From IMG/VR virus record IMGVR_UViG_3300045970_000794, positions 298,103-362,102 of that record: a stretch of DNA of 64,000 nucleotides, one strand, 5' to 3'. Below the pieces are notes generated by a model. It ran no database searches, was not told the DNA's origin, and worked only from the letters and a program-made list of their open reading frames with translations. The position numbers and the translations under genes were made by a program. Positions 1-11,122 of this stretch are shown one piece after another. The stretch's first letter is position 1. Each line of letters starts with the position of its first letter.

Positions 1-83
1 TTAATCGGGTGGAAGTGGTATAACTAATGTCCCTAATGAAAAAACAATTGCTAATACTAATAGAAATAATATAAGTCCCATGA

Positions 84-452
84 TTAAAGAATATTAGTTG
101 AAATAAAAATTGCGGCTGGTTTAACATCTAAATAGATTACTAATCCATTACCACGTTTAATACCATACTTAGCATATGGCATATTAACAACACGCACCAA
201 TGGCTTTCTTACACCACTTGCTCTCCAAATGGCTTCGAGGTCTTCTTGAGAAAGAACATGGAATGTATTTCTACCTTCGGTTCTGAATATAGGTTTACCC
301 CTTTCAGCATCTTTAATTATCCTTAATTCAATTGATAACTTATTTGCTTTATTAGCATTAGATTTCCATTTAAAAGAATCCACTGTTAACTTTTCCCTTT
401 TCTTATCGAGTGCCTTTATTTCAGCAGTCAATTCATCAATGTTCTTTTTCAT
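84..452 (-). CDS. hypothetical protein
   Basis: ORF track 84..548; ATG at 452 (MKKNIDEL) preferred because the upstream part overlaps a 57-aa ORF. Confidence 0.6.
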   Translation of the reverse strand: MKKNIDELTAEIKALDKKREKLTVDSFKWKSNANKANKLSIELRIIKDAERGKPIFRTEGRNTFHVLSQEDLEAIWRASGVRKPLVRVVNMPYAKYGIKRGNGLVIYLDVKPAAIFISTNIL

Positions 453-456
453 ACCT

Positions 457-630
457 TTATGTTGTTTTAAAATTACCACACGATTTACATCCATTTTTAC
501 GACCATCACCTGGTGCATATAAACACCCTCGACATTCATACCAATCAATCACTCTAGGATTTTTTTTAGGTTTGATTTTAATACCCTTTATATTTGCTAC
601 AATGCTTGGTTTAATTATAATACCTTCCAT
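457..630 (-). CDS. small Cys-rich hypothetical protein (57 aa, not in ORF track)
   Basis: Read manually: MEGIIIKPS...YECRGCLY...GCKSCGNFKTT*; tiles between neighbours. Confidence 0.55.
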   Translation of the reverse strand: MEGIIIKPSIVANIKGIKIKPKKNPRVIDWYECRGCLYAPGDGRKNGCKSCGNFKTT

Positions 631-635
631 GATTT

Positions 636-1103
636 CTATTTTTTAAGTAATTGAATATAACCAACCCAATATTCCATAACATCAAATTTTTCGCTTGGTT
701 CTGTATCATCGTCAGTATCATTACACAAATCTTGAAAATCATTTAATGAGTATACATCAACTATACAATTAAATGCACTATGAACATCTTTTAATGTATT
801 GAACTTTTCATTTGCATATGTTTCAACAATCTTACGACCACTACGATTATCTCTAATTGGAACTAAAGCAATATGTGTTTCATATACCTTTTCTTTTTCA
901 TCAATGGTAATACCATGTCTATTAAGAAAAGTAGTCCATTGATGATATAATAAAGGGTGACAAGCTGTAGCCCCAACAAATTTACCGTCTTTAAGACGAA
1001 TTTCACCCATTGAATCCCCAACTTTGAATCCAGTTCCTTCTAACTCGACATCACCTTTTTCAGCGAAGGCAACTATTTTTGTTTTGGTTGTTTTGAATTT
1101 CAT
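636..1103 (-). CDS. hypothetical protein
   Basis: 155-aa ORF directly downstream of promoter at 1135. Confidence 0.7.
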   Translation of the reverse strand: MKFKTTKTKIVAFAEKGDVELEGTGFKVGDSMGEIRLKDGKFVGATACHPLLYHQWTTFLNRHGITIDEKEKVYETHIALVPIRDNRSGRKIVETYANEKFNTLKDVHSAFNCIVDVYSLNDFQDLCNDTDDDTEPSEKFDVMEYWVGYIQLLKK

Positions 1104-1134
1104 AACAATTTAGTTTAATTGGTTAATAATACTA

Positions 1135-1166
1135 CAAAGATAATAAATTAAATTGACATTACCAAA
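1135..1166 (-). promoter_or_regulatory. Bacteroidota primary-sigma promoter (TTTG -33 / TAnnTTTG -7); representative of ~20 copies
   Basis: Minus strand TTTG..N20..TATCTTTG. Further minus-strand -7 boxes start at + coordinates 2034, 2450, 3850, 4608, 6459, 9134, 11886, 15241, 21405, 26020, 30343, 33129, 36485, 40510, 44674, 54459, 55050, 59950, almost all just upstream of a minus-strand gene. Confidence 0.85.
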
Positions 1167-1189
1167 TATTATTTAATATATTTTAATTA

Positions 1190-1387
1190 TTATTTTAATT
1201 CTTTTACATCCTTTGATATCACTACATATTCTTTAAGAAGCTCCTCATATAATGCCTCATCTTGCTCATGCAGCTTATTAAATAATACGCCAATGTTGCT
1301 ATCTTTGGGGGTTAATGATTTATTTTTAATTGCTCCCATTTTACCCCGAATAAGGAATTCCAGTTTTTTAAGGTCTTTACTACTCAT
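1190..1387 (-). CDS. hypothetical protein
   Basis: 65-aa ORF, co-oriented. Confidence 0.6.
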   Translation of the reverse strand: MSSKDLKKLEFLIRGKMGAIKNKSLTPKDSNIGVLFNKLHEQDEALYEELLKEYVVISKDVKELK

Positions 1388-1399
1388 CGCTAATAATAT

Positions 1400-2005
1400 T
1401 TAAACGTTATCAATTTTCTTTAACTCATTATCAATGTAATCATATACCTCCTTGGCAATGTCACCTGTAACTTCTGAATAAACGCCAGTTCTGAACCGCT
1501 CTTCTGTAGCATTAACATGAACCTCAAGCTTTTTTCCATTATAATCCACATCGTAAATCTCAATCTTAGTGGTAAGAGTCATTGAACTATTTTTAGCTTT
1601 CTTTTCTTTTACCCTAGCCAAGACATCCATAACACCTCGCTTTGCGATATAATTAACATCCATTACCGTGAAACCATTAGCATACATTAAAATGATTTCT
1701 GATATTGGAACGGAGGTTACAATTAATTTATCTGGATTTCTCCAATCTGAACCCATTATTAACGTTTGTCCATCATCCTCTGGATTAGGAATCAAATTCA
1801 CATATTGGAAATTGTATGTTACTGTGTCACCACTCATGTCGTCATCAATCTGAACATCAAATAACGGCTCATCATTCATATCGTTAACCGTGTCCCAATC
1901 CGAAAAACTTTCGAACTCTATAACTTGAACAGGTAAGTTGGTACCCACTACTAAATATTGTTTCTCCTTAACATTTAGGTATACTTTATCAATTGTTGCA
2001 TCCAT
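1400..2005 (-). CDS. hypothetical protein
   Basis: 201-aa ORF after promoter at 2034. Confidence 0.7.
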   Translation of the reverse strand: MDATIDKVYLNVKEKQYLVVGTNLPVQVIEFESFSDWDTVNDMNDEPLFDVQIDDDMSGDTVTYNFQYVNLIPNPEDDGQTLIMGSDWRNPDKLIVTSVPISEIILMYANGFTVMDVNYIAKRGVMDVLARVKEKKAKNSSMTLTTKIEIYDVDYNGKKLEVHVNATEERFRTGVYSEVTGDIAKEVYDYIDNELKKIDNV

Positions 2006-2057
2006 GGTTTATATTGTTTTAAATGATTAATTACAAAGGTATGTAAAATAATTCTTA

Positions 2058-2417
2058 TTACCAAATCTTATTTAATATATTATCAGTTTTTTCCACGGGC
2101 TTCTTTATGCTATTCAACTCAATTCTTTTTGGTTCAATTGTTACCTTTACATATTCACCAATAATTAATGTATTCTGGTTTTTAACATATGCATTAACAC
2201 CATTACGAATATATTTTTCGGCACTATCCAATTGAACTACATTGGTACAACTGTCCACAACCTTTTTAATCCGTAAGGAATAACGCTTGAGGAATTCATC
2301 CAATTCAATTTTATACTTCGCTTGTCTGACCTCAGAATCAAAACTATTAAATGTATCGCTAATTGTTTTAATTACACTATCAAACGTATCATTCGCTTTA
2401 TTAAGAAGACTTTCCAT
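2058..2417 (-). CDS. hypothetical protein
   Basis: 119-aa ORF after promoter at 2450. Confidence 0.7.
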   Translation of the reverse strand: MESLLNKANDTFDSVIKTISDTFNSFDSEVRQAKYKIELDEFLKRYSLRIKKVVDSCTNVVQLDSAEKYIRNGVNAYVKNQNTLIIGEYVKVTIEPKRIELNSIKKPVEKTDNILNKIW

Positions 2418-2610
2418 AGTGTAAAAAAGGTTAATTGGTTAATATGATGCAAAGATAAAACAAATAAATGACAATTCCAAATATTATTTGATATATTTTT
2501 TATAATGTGAAAATTATTAAATTTCCCTAGGGGACAAAACTCTTACATCCCTTGATAACCCATTATATACATTTTATCTATATCCTTCTGAAAGCCCATA
2601 TGAAAATAAA

Positions 2611-2719
2611 TTGAAAATAATTCACTTTTTATTTGGTAGTTTAATTTATTTTTTGTACCTTTGTTCTGTCATTATAAGACATGTTGGTACCACCACAGTA
2701 CCAAGAGGTATACTCCAAC
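2611..2719 (+). repeat. copy 1 of ~110-bp imperfect duplicate (plus-strand promoter + hairpin + AGGTATACTCCAAC); candidate sRNA unit
   Basis: 29 nt identical to 4767-4795; TACCTTTG at 2656; TTGGTAC/GTACCAA stem; no ORF downstream. Confidence 0.6.
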
Positions 2720-2838
2720 CTACACCATATTTTTTTTACCATATATTTAGATATATACATAACCTACATACGTATCAATAACAAAAAGGGAATGAGTATT
2801 ACACCCACCCCCTTAAAGAAAATAATATTAACTAAAAA

Positions 2839-3819
2839 CTATCTTAATACATAATCATTTTGACCTGTAACTTCTAATGCAAAATTAAATGATTGCATAT
2901 TAGTTCTATAATTAGTACCAACACTTAAACTTTCAAGTTGACCATTCTCACGTTTTGGGTGTGATTTAGCATGATTAGTCCAACTAGTTACCCCATTGTG
3001 TAATCCAAAAATTGTATTACCTTTTTGGTTCATTTCTTTTTTAATGTGGGAATATAATGTGTCCATTGCATTTAAAGTTTTACCACTATCAACACCAACC
3101 TTAGCAGTCAATCTATCAACACCTAATAATTCTCTTACTAAACCATCAACTAAATTTTGTGTACAGGCTGTTGAGTGGAATTTATTATAAATCTCAATTT
3201 GTTTCATACTTTCGTTTAATGCTAAACGAATTAAACTTGGTAACTCAACCATTTTACCCTCTAACGACGCACTATGTTTTAACTTCATTTCACCCCTTTT
3301 ATAAAAACGAAAAAATTGATTTGAACAGCTCATTACCATATCTGAAATTCCTACACCTAATCCAGTGCTACCATCATTAGAATCAATAATGGTAATGTAC
3401 TTTTTAATGCTATCATTACCAACTTTTGAAAATCCATCAATAGCTAACTGAATAAACGTTTTACGCCCACCATTCAAACAACCAGCTTTGCTTACATTTA
3501 ACTCACCAAAACCATTCATACCACGTAACACCAATTCAACAACATCATCATTTTGGCTCACATGATAACTAGCTTTGGTAGTGTTAATGATTTCCATACT
3601 TTGAGTATTTAATAACCCAAAATATGTGGTGCGAATTGATTTCTGTTTTTTAGCTTTACCAAATAAGCCAACCATTGGAACTTTCTCAATACGAAAATTT
3701 AAACCATTGTCAACCAAGATTTTTTTCACTTGATTTTTAAGTGCTCTTTCTTGCTTTTTAGCATTATTAGTTTTTTGTGCCATAGCTTCTTTTTCAAAAT
3801 TTACGATTTCTGTTTTCAT
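2839..3819 (-). CDS. DUF932/DUF945-like phage/plasmid protein (TIGR03299-like)
   Basis: Y..SQN, AGCLNGGRKTF, DSNDGS, CSNQF, LKHS, GT.FGLHNGVT.W motifs; start moved to 3819 because 3852 overlaps the promoter. Confidence 0.75.
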   Translation of the reverse strand: MKTEIVNFEKEAMAQKTNNAKKQERALKNQVKKILVDNGLNFRIEKVPMVGLFGKAKKQKSIRTTYFGLLNTQSMEIINTTKASYHVSQNDDVVELVLRGMNGFGELNVSKAGCLNGGRKTFIQLAIDGFSKVGNDSIKKYITIIDSNDGSTGLGVGISDMVMSCSNQFFRFYKRGEMKLKHSASLEGKMVELPSLIRLALNESMKQIEIYNKFHSTACTQNLVDGLVRELLGVDRLTAKVGVDSGKTLNAMDTLYSHIKKEMNQKGNTIFGLHNGVTSWTNHAKSHPKRENGQLESLSVGTNYRTNMQSFNFALEVTGQNDYVLR

Positions 3820-3911
3820 GATATATAGTTTTAATTGATTAATATAATGCAAAGGTAAGTAAAATATTTTAATCTACCAAATATTATTTAATATATTTTC
3901 AAATTATTTTA

Positions 3912-4574
3912 CTAATGTTGTACGAAACACACGTTATTCTTAGTTATACAGTAAGTACACTCCAAACCACATTTAATGTTTTTACTACTTGTAACAGGGC
4001 AAATAAATGATTTATGATTTGCTTTTAACTCATTGCAATACTCAATACTACCAAAATTCAATTTACCATTGATGAAACTACTTATTAAATTGAAATTGCT
4101 ATTAGTCTTAATAACACTAAAATCTAATAAACTTTCTACCTTGGTATATACATAAAATTTAATATGTGGAAATAAACCAATAATATCATTCCAAAAATCA
4201 ATATATGATTGACTGAAAAAGTCACCACTAGAATGAATCCTTACCACAGTCCTTTTTGTTTCACTTAATTGTGTTACAATTAATTCCTTTAATAAACTTG
4301 GATTGTTTAAAAACAATTCATGATTAACAGTACGATACAATTCAGTATCTACATATTGAACCTCAGCCTTTTTTGCATAGCAACTTGCTTTGCAGTCCAC
4401 ACAATTTAAACAAGTTTTTACACTTGGTAAATCAAAGATAAGAATATTATGTAACTTGCTATTACCATTAACTAATCTATTCTTATTAATATAGATGTAA
4501 TTAAATAGTAATTCACGAGTATTGGTTTGTTTGCTGTAATCTCTGAATGTCCTAGATAAATCAAAATTGTTCAT
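3912..4574 (-). CDS. GP88-family protein (Cys cluster + RIHxSGDF)
   Basis: GNSKL, FDLP..TC..C..C...CYA, VRIHSSGDFFSQSYIDFW, FYVYTK. Confidence 0.75.
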   Translation of the reverse strand: MNNFDLSRTFRDYSKQTNTRELLFNYIYINKNRLVNGNSKLHNILIFDLPSVKTCLNCVDCKASCYAKKAEVQYVDTELYRTVNHELFLNNPSLLKELIVTQLSETKRTVVRIHSSGDFFSQSYIDFWNDIIGLFPHIKFYVYTKVESLLDFSVIKTNSNFNLISSFINGKLNFGSIEYCNELKANHKSFICPVTSSKNIKCGLECTYCITKNNVCFVQH

Positions 4575-4661
4575 AGTGTTTCGGTTTAAGTGATTAATAA
4601 CATATTGCAAAACTACAAAAAATATTTCATATAAACAAATATTATTTAATATATTTTTCAT

Positions 4662-5548
4662 ATACTATATAAGATATTAATTGTTGGCTCAAACCCTCTG
4701 AAACCCCTATGGCAACTCAAAAACATTCTTATTCCGTGAATAAGAATGATAGCAAATTAAAATATTTTGAAAATAATTCACTTTTTATTTGGTAGATTAA
4801 ATTATTTTCACTACCTTTGTATTGTCATTAAGACGTGACGATACCCACAACGGTCTCGGAAGGTATACTCCAACATGCAATGTTGTCGGTGGAACACTCC
4901 AATATGCCCGCTATTTTCCTATGGGGAAATATTTGGAATTGTAAATTATTATTTGTAAGTTTGCATATGATTTAAATGGGACTGCGGTCCCACTGAATTT
5001 GCTCGCTCATTAAATAAATGGGTTAGCCTTGCCATTCCTATTACTGAATATATCAGCGATACGGATTCCTATACCCATTTTTTTGCGAATTTGGGCATCG
5101 GCATAGCTATTTCCAAAAATTTCTGGCGAAAAATATTAACAAAAATTTTTGCACAAGTCCGATTCCTATTAGAATATACTATGGAATCTACTGTGGAATA
5201 TACTATGGAATATATTGTAAATTCCCTATAGGTGTAGGTAATTTTCTTAGGGGCTATAAAGGTGATTTTATATCATTTTTATGGGGAGTTATAGCTATGG
5301 GAAAAATAAAACGATGAAGCATATACACAATTGTGTACTTATGCTGGCATAGAGGCTCTTAGGAATCTCCATTTTTTACCACATTTTCCCACAAAGCCCC
5401 ATACTTACCCCCATATAGTAAGGGGAACGTGGTTTAGAATGTATAGGGGCATATCTTATTATATTAGGCTATATAAAGCTCTGTAATGGATTAAAAAGTA
5501 TATGGTGGGGCAGAAGTATAAAGATACACATTTGTGTATTAGAGGGGC
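4662..5548. other. long non-coding region with plus-strand promoters, short direct repeats and palindromes
   Basis: No ORF >=60 aa; (T)ACT(A/G)TGGAAT repeats at 5176-5215; TACACA(A/T)TTGTGTA palindromes. Confidence 0.55.
4767..4874 (+). repeat. copy 2 of duplicated promoter/hairpin unit
   Basis: TACCTTTG at 4812; CGATACC/GGTCTCG stem; AGGTATACTCCAAC at 4861. Confidence 0.6.
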
Positions 5549-5830
5549 TTAAAATGAGTTAGTATTATCTAGTTCATTTTGTATAAATTGTATGGCTTCC
5601 ATGGGTGACAATTTATTAATATCTCTATATAGCAGTTCATGAGATTGTCTAAGGAGGTGTTTTTGTATAGTTGATTCATCGAATGATTTGGATATAGATT
5701 TAATGGACTCCAAGTACCTTACCCAATTAGAGTTGTTATTATAGTAGCCTAAATTTTCAGAGAATGTTTTAGCTATTCTATCATACTCGATATATTTGAA
5801 TAGATTATATTGTTTATCTTCAAGTGCCAT
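5549..5830 (-). CDS. hypothetical protein
   Basis: 93-aa ORF. Confidence 0.6.
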   Translation of the reverse strand: MALEDKQYNLFKYIEYDRIAKTFSENLGYYNNNSNWVRYLESIKSISKSFDESTIQKHLLRQSHELLYRDINKLSPMEAIQFIQNELDNTNSF

Positions 5831-6493
5831 AATAATTTTTTATTGAATAAGTACACATTTGTGTACCATGGGATGGGTATTATTCGGTAATATATATACC
5901 ATCAAATTCTTCATCACAAATACAATCATAGTCTTTAATAAATCTTTTTGATTGTGCTATTATTTTATGACCATTGACGACCATTGAAAATTCTATGTAG
6001 TAATACATTTTTCTTCTCTAAGAACTTTAATTTCGAAAAATTCTTGGGTTTTTCTTTGACCTTCTTCTGAGTCAAGGAACTTTTTTAATTCATCTATATA
6101 GCTCATAATATTTATTTATTTTCGATATGATTATGCATTAATTTCAATACCCAAGCGTTTTCAAACTCATACAGTCCACATTCTTCATTAGCTTTTTCTT
6201 CGGTATCATAATATTTTATTTTACCTTCTTTATTTTTCATGAAGTCCATATTTCTAAGGTCTATTATTACAAATTGTCCTTTCATTATAATAATTCTTCA
6301 TTTTTATGTACATTCAATCTAAGAAAATCATTACAAACTCTTTCACCTTCATCGTTATAATAAAGTAAATGAATATAGTCATCAGTTTTAAGTGCTTTCA
6401 AGTCACTCATTTTTAAAACTTCACCTTTTCTCATAAGATTATGTATTTGATTAGAGCACAAATTTACAACAAATAATTTAAATAACCAAATTT

Positions 6494-6862
6494 TTATTCA
6501 ACTATTTTAATTTGCCCTCTCATTTCATTGAGTTTATCGTAATGTTCTATCATAATTTTACAGCTATGCGTATGATTGAGCTCACAATTATAATGTATGT
6601 CATCCCAATGGTCTTTTTTATTAATTGTGCATGTGGTACATGGGTTATTTTTCTCATGCCATTCTTGTATTGGTTTATGTGCAATAGCCCACTTTTCATT
6701 ATAAGCATCACGTTTATCCCATGAATCGGTTAATGATACTCTGGTTTCATCATTACCAACATTCGTGATATCAATCTTAATGTATTTGAGCATTTGTTCT
6801 AGAAAATTCAAATTATTTTCTTTTTCGATTACTTCTATGATTTTATCTTTATAACTTCCCAT
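6494..6862 (-). CDS. hypothetical protein
   Basis: 122-aa ORF, Cys/His-rich C-terminal half. Confidence 0.65.
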   Translation of the reverse strand: MGSYKDKIIEVIEKENNLNFLEQMLKYIKIDITNVGNDETRVSLTDSWDKRDAYNEKWAIAHKPIQEWHEKNNPCTTCTINKKDHWDDIHYNCELNHTHSCKIMIEHYDKLNEMRGQIKIVE

Positions 6863-7292
6863 TTTCCATTAGTTTTTCGATTAATATTTTACCTTCATTA
6901 AAGGTAGTATCTTTTAGTGTGTCACAGATTTCAGCATAGAACTTTTTGATATAGATGATAGCTTCATCAAAAGGAAGGTTGAACATATCTTTAAGCTCTT
7001 CTGTTGCTGCTACGACATATAAATACTCATGTTCAATTGGTTTTTCTGCATTTACTATATTATCGTATATTGTATCGATAGTAGATTTAAATAAATCATT
7101 ATCACCATGGACTTGAGTGGTTAAATAATTGAATAGATAGTTATAAAACCAAGTTAATTCGGTTTGTCTGAACAATTGATATTGTTTATCATCAATCAAT
7201 TTAGCATCTTCTGGAAAATTAAACATAGGTTGCCAATCAGTTCTGATACAACCATACTTCATTCTCATTCCCTCACCATTAAAATCTCTCAT
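6849..7292 (-). CDS. hypothetical protein
   Basis: 147-aa ORF overlapping next gene. Confidence 0.65.
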   Translation of the reverse strand: MRDFNGEGMRMKYGCIRTDWQPMFNFPEDAKLIDDKQYQLFRQTELTWFYNYLFNYLTTQVHGDNDLFKSTIDTIYDNIVNAEKPIEHEYLYVVAATEELKDMFNLPFDEAIIYIKKFYAEICDTLKDTTFNEGKILIEKLMENGKL

Positions 7293-7294
7293 GG

Positions 7295-9594
7295 TTATTG
7301 TTCTTTATGGAAGACAGTATTGCCGATGATGATAATATTATAACCATATTCTCTCATTCGATAGTCAGAGATACCCATAGCGGTTCTGAGTTGGTCGAAT
7401 TCGTCTTTAGTTAGTTGATGCACTTCACCTTCGAAAAATTTTGAAGGAAGTAGCTCCAATATTGGCATGCTTAATGCTTTTTGTAATGCTTCGTCTTTAG
7501 TCATATTGTTTAGTATTTAAGATTTTCTTTGAAAATTTAGTGAACCACTGGCAACGCAACCCCATACATGATATTTTTTACCATAAAATAGCGTAATATC
7601 ATCAATTAATGACCAATCCATATCGCAACCATTAACATTTCCTAGGATATTTGTACTAGAAGTTTTGGAACCGATTATCATATCCAATACCGCATCAATT
7701 GTATATGGTGCAATTTCACTATGGTAATGATAGTATTCACCCATTTTCAAGTGAACCAATTCAGTCATTATGTCATTCCTAATAATCTCATATTTTTTCT
7801 TCTCTTCACTAGTCATAGTCTATAGTATTTACCATTTACGTTTAAATTTATCAATAGCTTCACCGATACGATTAAAATTACCTAGTCGTTTGCCATCTGA
7901 ATCATCATATACACCACCACCACCATAATGATATGTTCTATTAGCGTCCTTATATTGTTGGGTGAACTCTTTAAATCCGAATAATTTTTCAAACCAATTG
8001 GGTGTAAATGTTACCTCAAAAATCAGTCGATTTGATGGTCTAACCTCCACTACTTGTTTAACATTAGTTATTTTCATTAGATTTCAGTTAATAATTGATT
8101 AATAGTCTCATCAATATCTTTACGAATACCTATGTTTTCTTCTAACATAGATTTAAAAAACTCTCTATAAACAACATCTGTCATTATGTTTTCTACGTTT
8201 ACCTCTGAGTAACCAAATTCTTTTAGGTTTTTTACACCACCCTCTAACAAATGTTTTCTAATACCTTTGCTTGTTGTTAAATCCATAATATTATTACTTT
8301 ACGATTTCTTTTAATCTTTTTAATTCAGCACGCAATGTTGCTTCCCATTGTGTAATATGATGTTTTTGCAATCTTATTGCTTCATCCTTATTGAGGGTGA
8401 ACCATTTATTTATTTTAGTAGGACCATAAAGAAAGACATATAATACATTTTCACTATCATCATAGTTATTATGATAATTCCAGCTACCGTTATTAGCTAT
8501 CAATCCTTTACATTCAATAATTTCCAAGTCATCATCTAAAGTGAAAACTGGGTATTCAGTATTAGCTTTCAATACTTTAAGATAGTCTTCAACTATTTGA
8601 CCTCTATTAGAGGGTAATATTACTTTATGTTTTAATTCCATTGGTATTATTTTATTTTAAGTAAATAATTTAATATTTAATCTCTTGGAATATTCTTTAA
8701 AATGAATGCTTTGTTTTCCTGTTGGCAGTGAGGACAATCAAGCCCGATATATGCATAAGGTCCATTAGGACATCCACATGGCATGTCACAATCGCATACG
8801 AAGTAATCAGTTCTAAATTCAGCATCGCCAGTGAATGGTTGACCACATTTGGAACATTCAAGTTCAAGAGTTATTTTTGTTATTTTATTTGCCATCGCTA
8901 TTTTTTTTAAAAGATAATTTACCAATCTTTTTAACTGGTGTACATACATCACACCTAGTATATTGTGTTTGTTCTAGGTCACCAGTATTATTAGGCTCAT
9001 GATTACCTTTACGTCCAATACCAATTGAGTAATTCTCACTTATTTTAATGAAAATATTTCCATTTGGTGACTCCCAAACATCATAAATGTCTAAATCTTT
9101 TTCTAGTTTCATGGCTATAGTATTAATTTTTTACAAAGATATATAAAATAAATTAAAAAACCTAATAAAATTATTTTTTTCTTGTGAAAAAATGTTGTAT
9201 TATTTGTAATGGGAATACCCAAGGGCCAATAAGTGCTAACCACCCATCATTTTTAGATGGTGGTGATTTAGTTTTGCTAGATAATCTATAATAATAGATA
9301 AAATAGATAGAAACAATTAAACCTATTAGGTAATAAGAAATTAAGTAAATCATAATTTTAAAACTTTAAATTGTTAATATTTTAAACGGTACCTAATGTA
9401 TCACCACAATCATTTACAATCCATATAACACCATTTTGATTATCATCAATGTATTTGATTCGATTTCTACACGGTTTATCAGTAAAGCCATCGGCGAACA
9501 TAAGCCCAAAGAAGAATAGGAATGCAATTGTTATTATCATTATTTTACCAGTTAATGTTAATCCATCACCGATATCAAAGCTTGATTTCTTCAC
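7295..9594 (-). other. run of short co-oriented hypothetical phage genes (7295-7504, 7517-7816, 7829-8077, 8077-8286, 8294-8641, 8677-8895, 8885-9112, 9171-9353, 9382-9594)
   Basis: Tightly tiled 60-115 aa minus-strand ORFs; no recognised families. Confidence 0.65.
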
Positions 9595-10048
9595 GTTCTT
9601 TTAGTCTTTTTTTATGTTTTAACATTCGTCTATATAATTCTTCAACAATATCGAATGATACCTGAGTACATCCAATAATAAACTTATCAATACCAAGGTT
9701 TACAATATGTTCACCAATTTTAATTGGAAGGTCTGGTACTTCATAACCTTCTGGCATATCTGATAATTCTAGATTTTTTACAGAATAACTTACGTTTGCA
9801 AGGTCATCAGTAGTTTTAACATCAGCATAATCAACTGGGTATGCACTGAAAAAGCCAAGTCTTCTTAACTCATCATGAGCTGATTCAATAGCATTTTGGC
9901 AAAGGTATATTTTTTTATGTTCAACATCATTGAAGATTAAACCATCTATCATCTTTGACCGATACATAGCAGTAAAATAGGTACCACTGGGTACTTTATC
10001 CCAATGTATCACATGAACAGTTTCTTCTGTTAAATATTTTTTATCCAT
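9575..10048 (-). CDS. hypothetical protein, tandem paralog of 10053-10496
   Basis: IHWDKVPSGT..GLIFND..LCQ..PDLPIKIG..IGCT. Confidence 0.7.
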   Translation of the reverse strand: MDKKYLTEETVHVIHWDKVPSGTYFTAMYRSKMIDGLIFNDVEHKKIYLCQNAIESAHDELRRLGFFSAYPVDYADVKTTDDLANVSYSVKNLELSDMPEGYEVPDLPIKIGEHIVNLGIDKFIIGCTQVSFDIVEELYRRMLKHKKRLKEREEIKL

Positions 10049-10052
10049 GGGA

Positions 10053-10496
10053 TTAATCTTTTTTATCAATTAAGTTATCAGCGATTTTACGTACCAAATC
10101 ATTGTCAATAGTTGTACAACCAACTTTGATGTGACCTTCCTTTATTTCAAGTTTATAGTCACCAATTCTTATTGGTAAGTCTGGTGTAACAAAACCTTCT
10201 TGTACATCAAGAATTTCAATATTTCTCATACTACCATAACCACCAAATTCCAATTCAGCAACAGTTCTTATAGTGTTATAATTTAAAGTGAATCCAAATT
10301 TATACCCTAAATTGTTTGGTGCATCTGAACCTTGAGCAAAATCTTGGCATAAAATTATCTTTTTATCATCTACATTATTAAATATAAGACCAGATATTGG
10401 GTTTTCGTTATAAATCGCTCTAAATTCAGTACCAGTTGGTACATTTTCCCATCTGATATATTCAGTAACTTGTTTTCTAATACAATTTTCATTCAT
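10053..10496 (-). CDS. hypothetical protein, tandem paralog of 9575-10048
   Basis: IRWENVPTGT..GLIFNN..LCQ..PDLPIRIG..VGCT. Confidence 0.7.
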   Translation of the reverse strand: MNENCIRKQVTEYIRWENVPTGTEFRAIYNENPISGLIFNNVDDKKIILCQDFAQGSDAPNNLGYKFGFTLNYNTIRTVAELEFGGYGSMRNIEILDVQEGFVTPDLPIRIGDYKLEIKEGHIKVGCTTIDNDLVRKIADNLIDKKD

Positions 10497-10508
10497 AATA
10501 TTATAGTT

Positions 10509-10721
10509 TTAAAGGTTAACGTATTTGTTAATAAATTTCATGTTGCACGTTATATTGGCTAATGCAAAACAAACTGGAATTGATATTAACATAAGGAACA
10601 TCCAGTTTGGATTCTCAGTAATTAACATAAGGATTGCTGGTGCAACTCCAATGATAAATGGTGTTAAAATACAAAATAATATCCAATAAAAAGAAACCAC
10701 TCCTAATAAAAATTTTTTCAT
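10509..10721 (-). CDS. small membrane protein
   Basis: Two hydrophobic stretches. Confidence 0.6.
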   Translation of the reverse strand: MKKFLLGVVSFYWILFCILTPFIIGVAPAILMLITENPNWMFLMLISIPVCFALANITCNMKFINKYVNL

Positions 10722-10723
10722 AA

Positions 10724-11122
10724 TTATTTTTTAAAGGTTAATAATATTACTTCAAGTATATGAATTCTTTTTAGAATATCTTCACTAGTATATGATGGAA
10801 ACCAGAAGCATGAGCTATTGAAGTGTGGGTCATAGTAATTAACATATGGTTTATAAGCCATTAGTTCAATGAGCCAGCAATCGTTACTCTCTAGGTCAAA
10901 TCTATTCTCATTAGCATCCCGCCAATTTACTATTGGTCTGGCACCGTATAGAATACCATTACAAAATCCTTCACCAAATACATCATTCTCTTTAAGTTTC
11001 ACTATAAGATATTTGAGCATTGCTTTATAGATTCGTTTCCTTAAAGCTGGAGTATTTTTAGTGCTTTTAGTTAGTCGTATCATTGCAAACGGCTTTATCT
11101 TTAAGTTGAAAATCCATTTCAT
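10724..11122 (-). CDS. hypothetical protein
   Basis: ORF with YKP..Y..FWF..KRI.IL motif shared with the adjacent frameshifted gene. Confidence 0.6.
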   Translation of the reverse strand: MKWIFNLKIKPFAMIRLTKSTKNTPALRKRIYKAMLKYLIVKLKENDVFGEGFCNGILYGARPIVNWRDANENRFDLESNDCWLIELMAYKPYVNYYDPHFNSSCFWFPSYTSEDILKRIHILEVILLTFKK

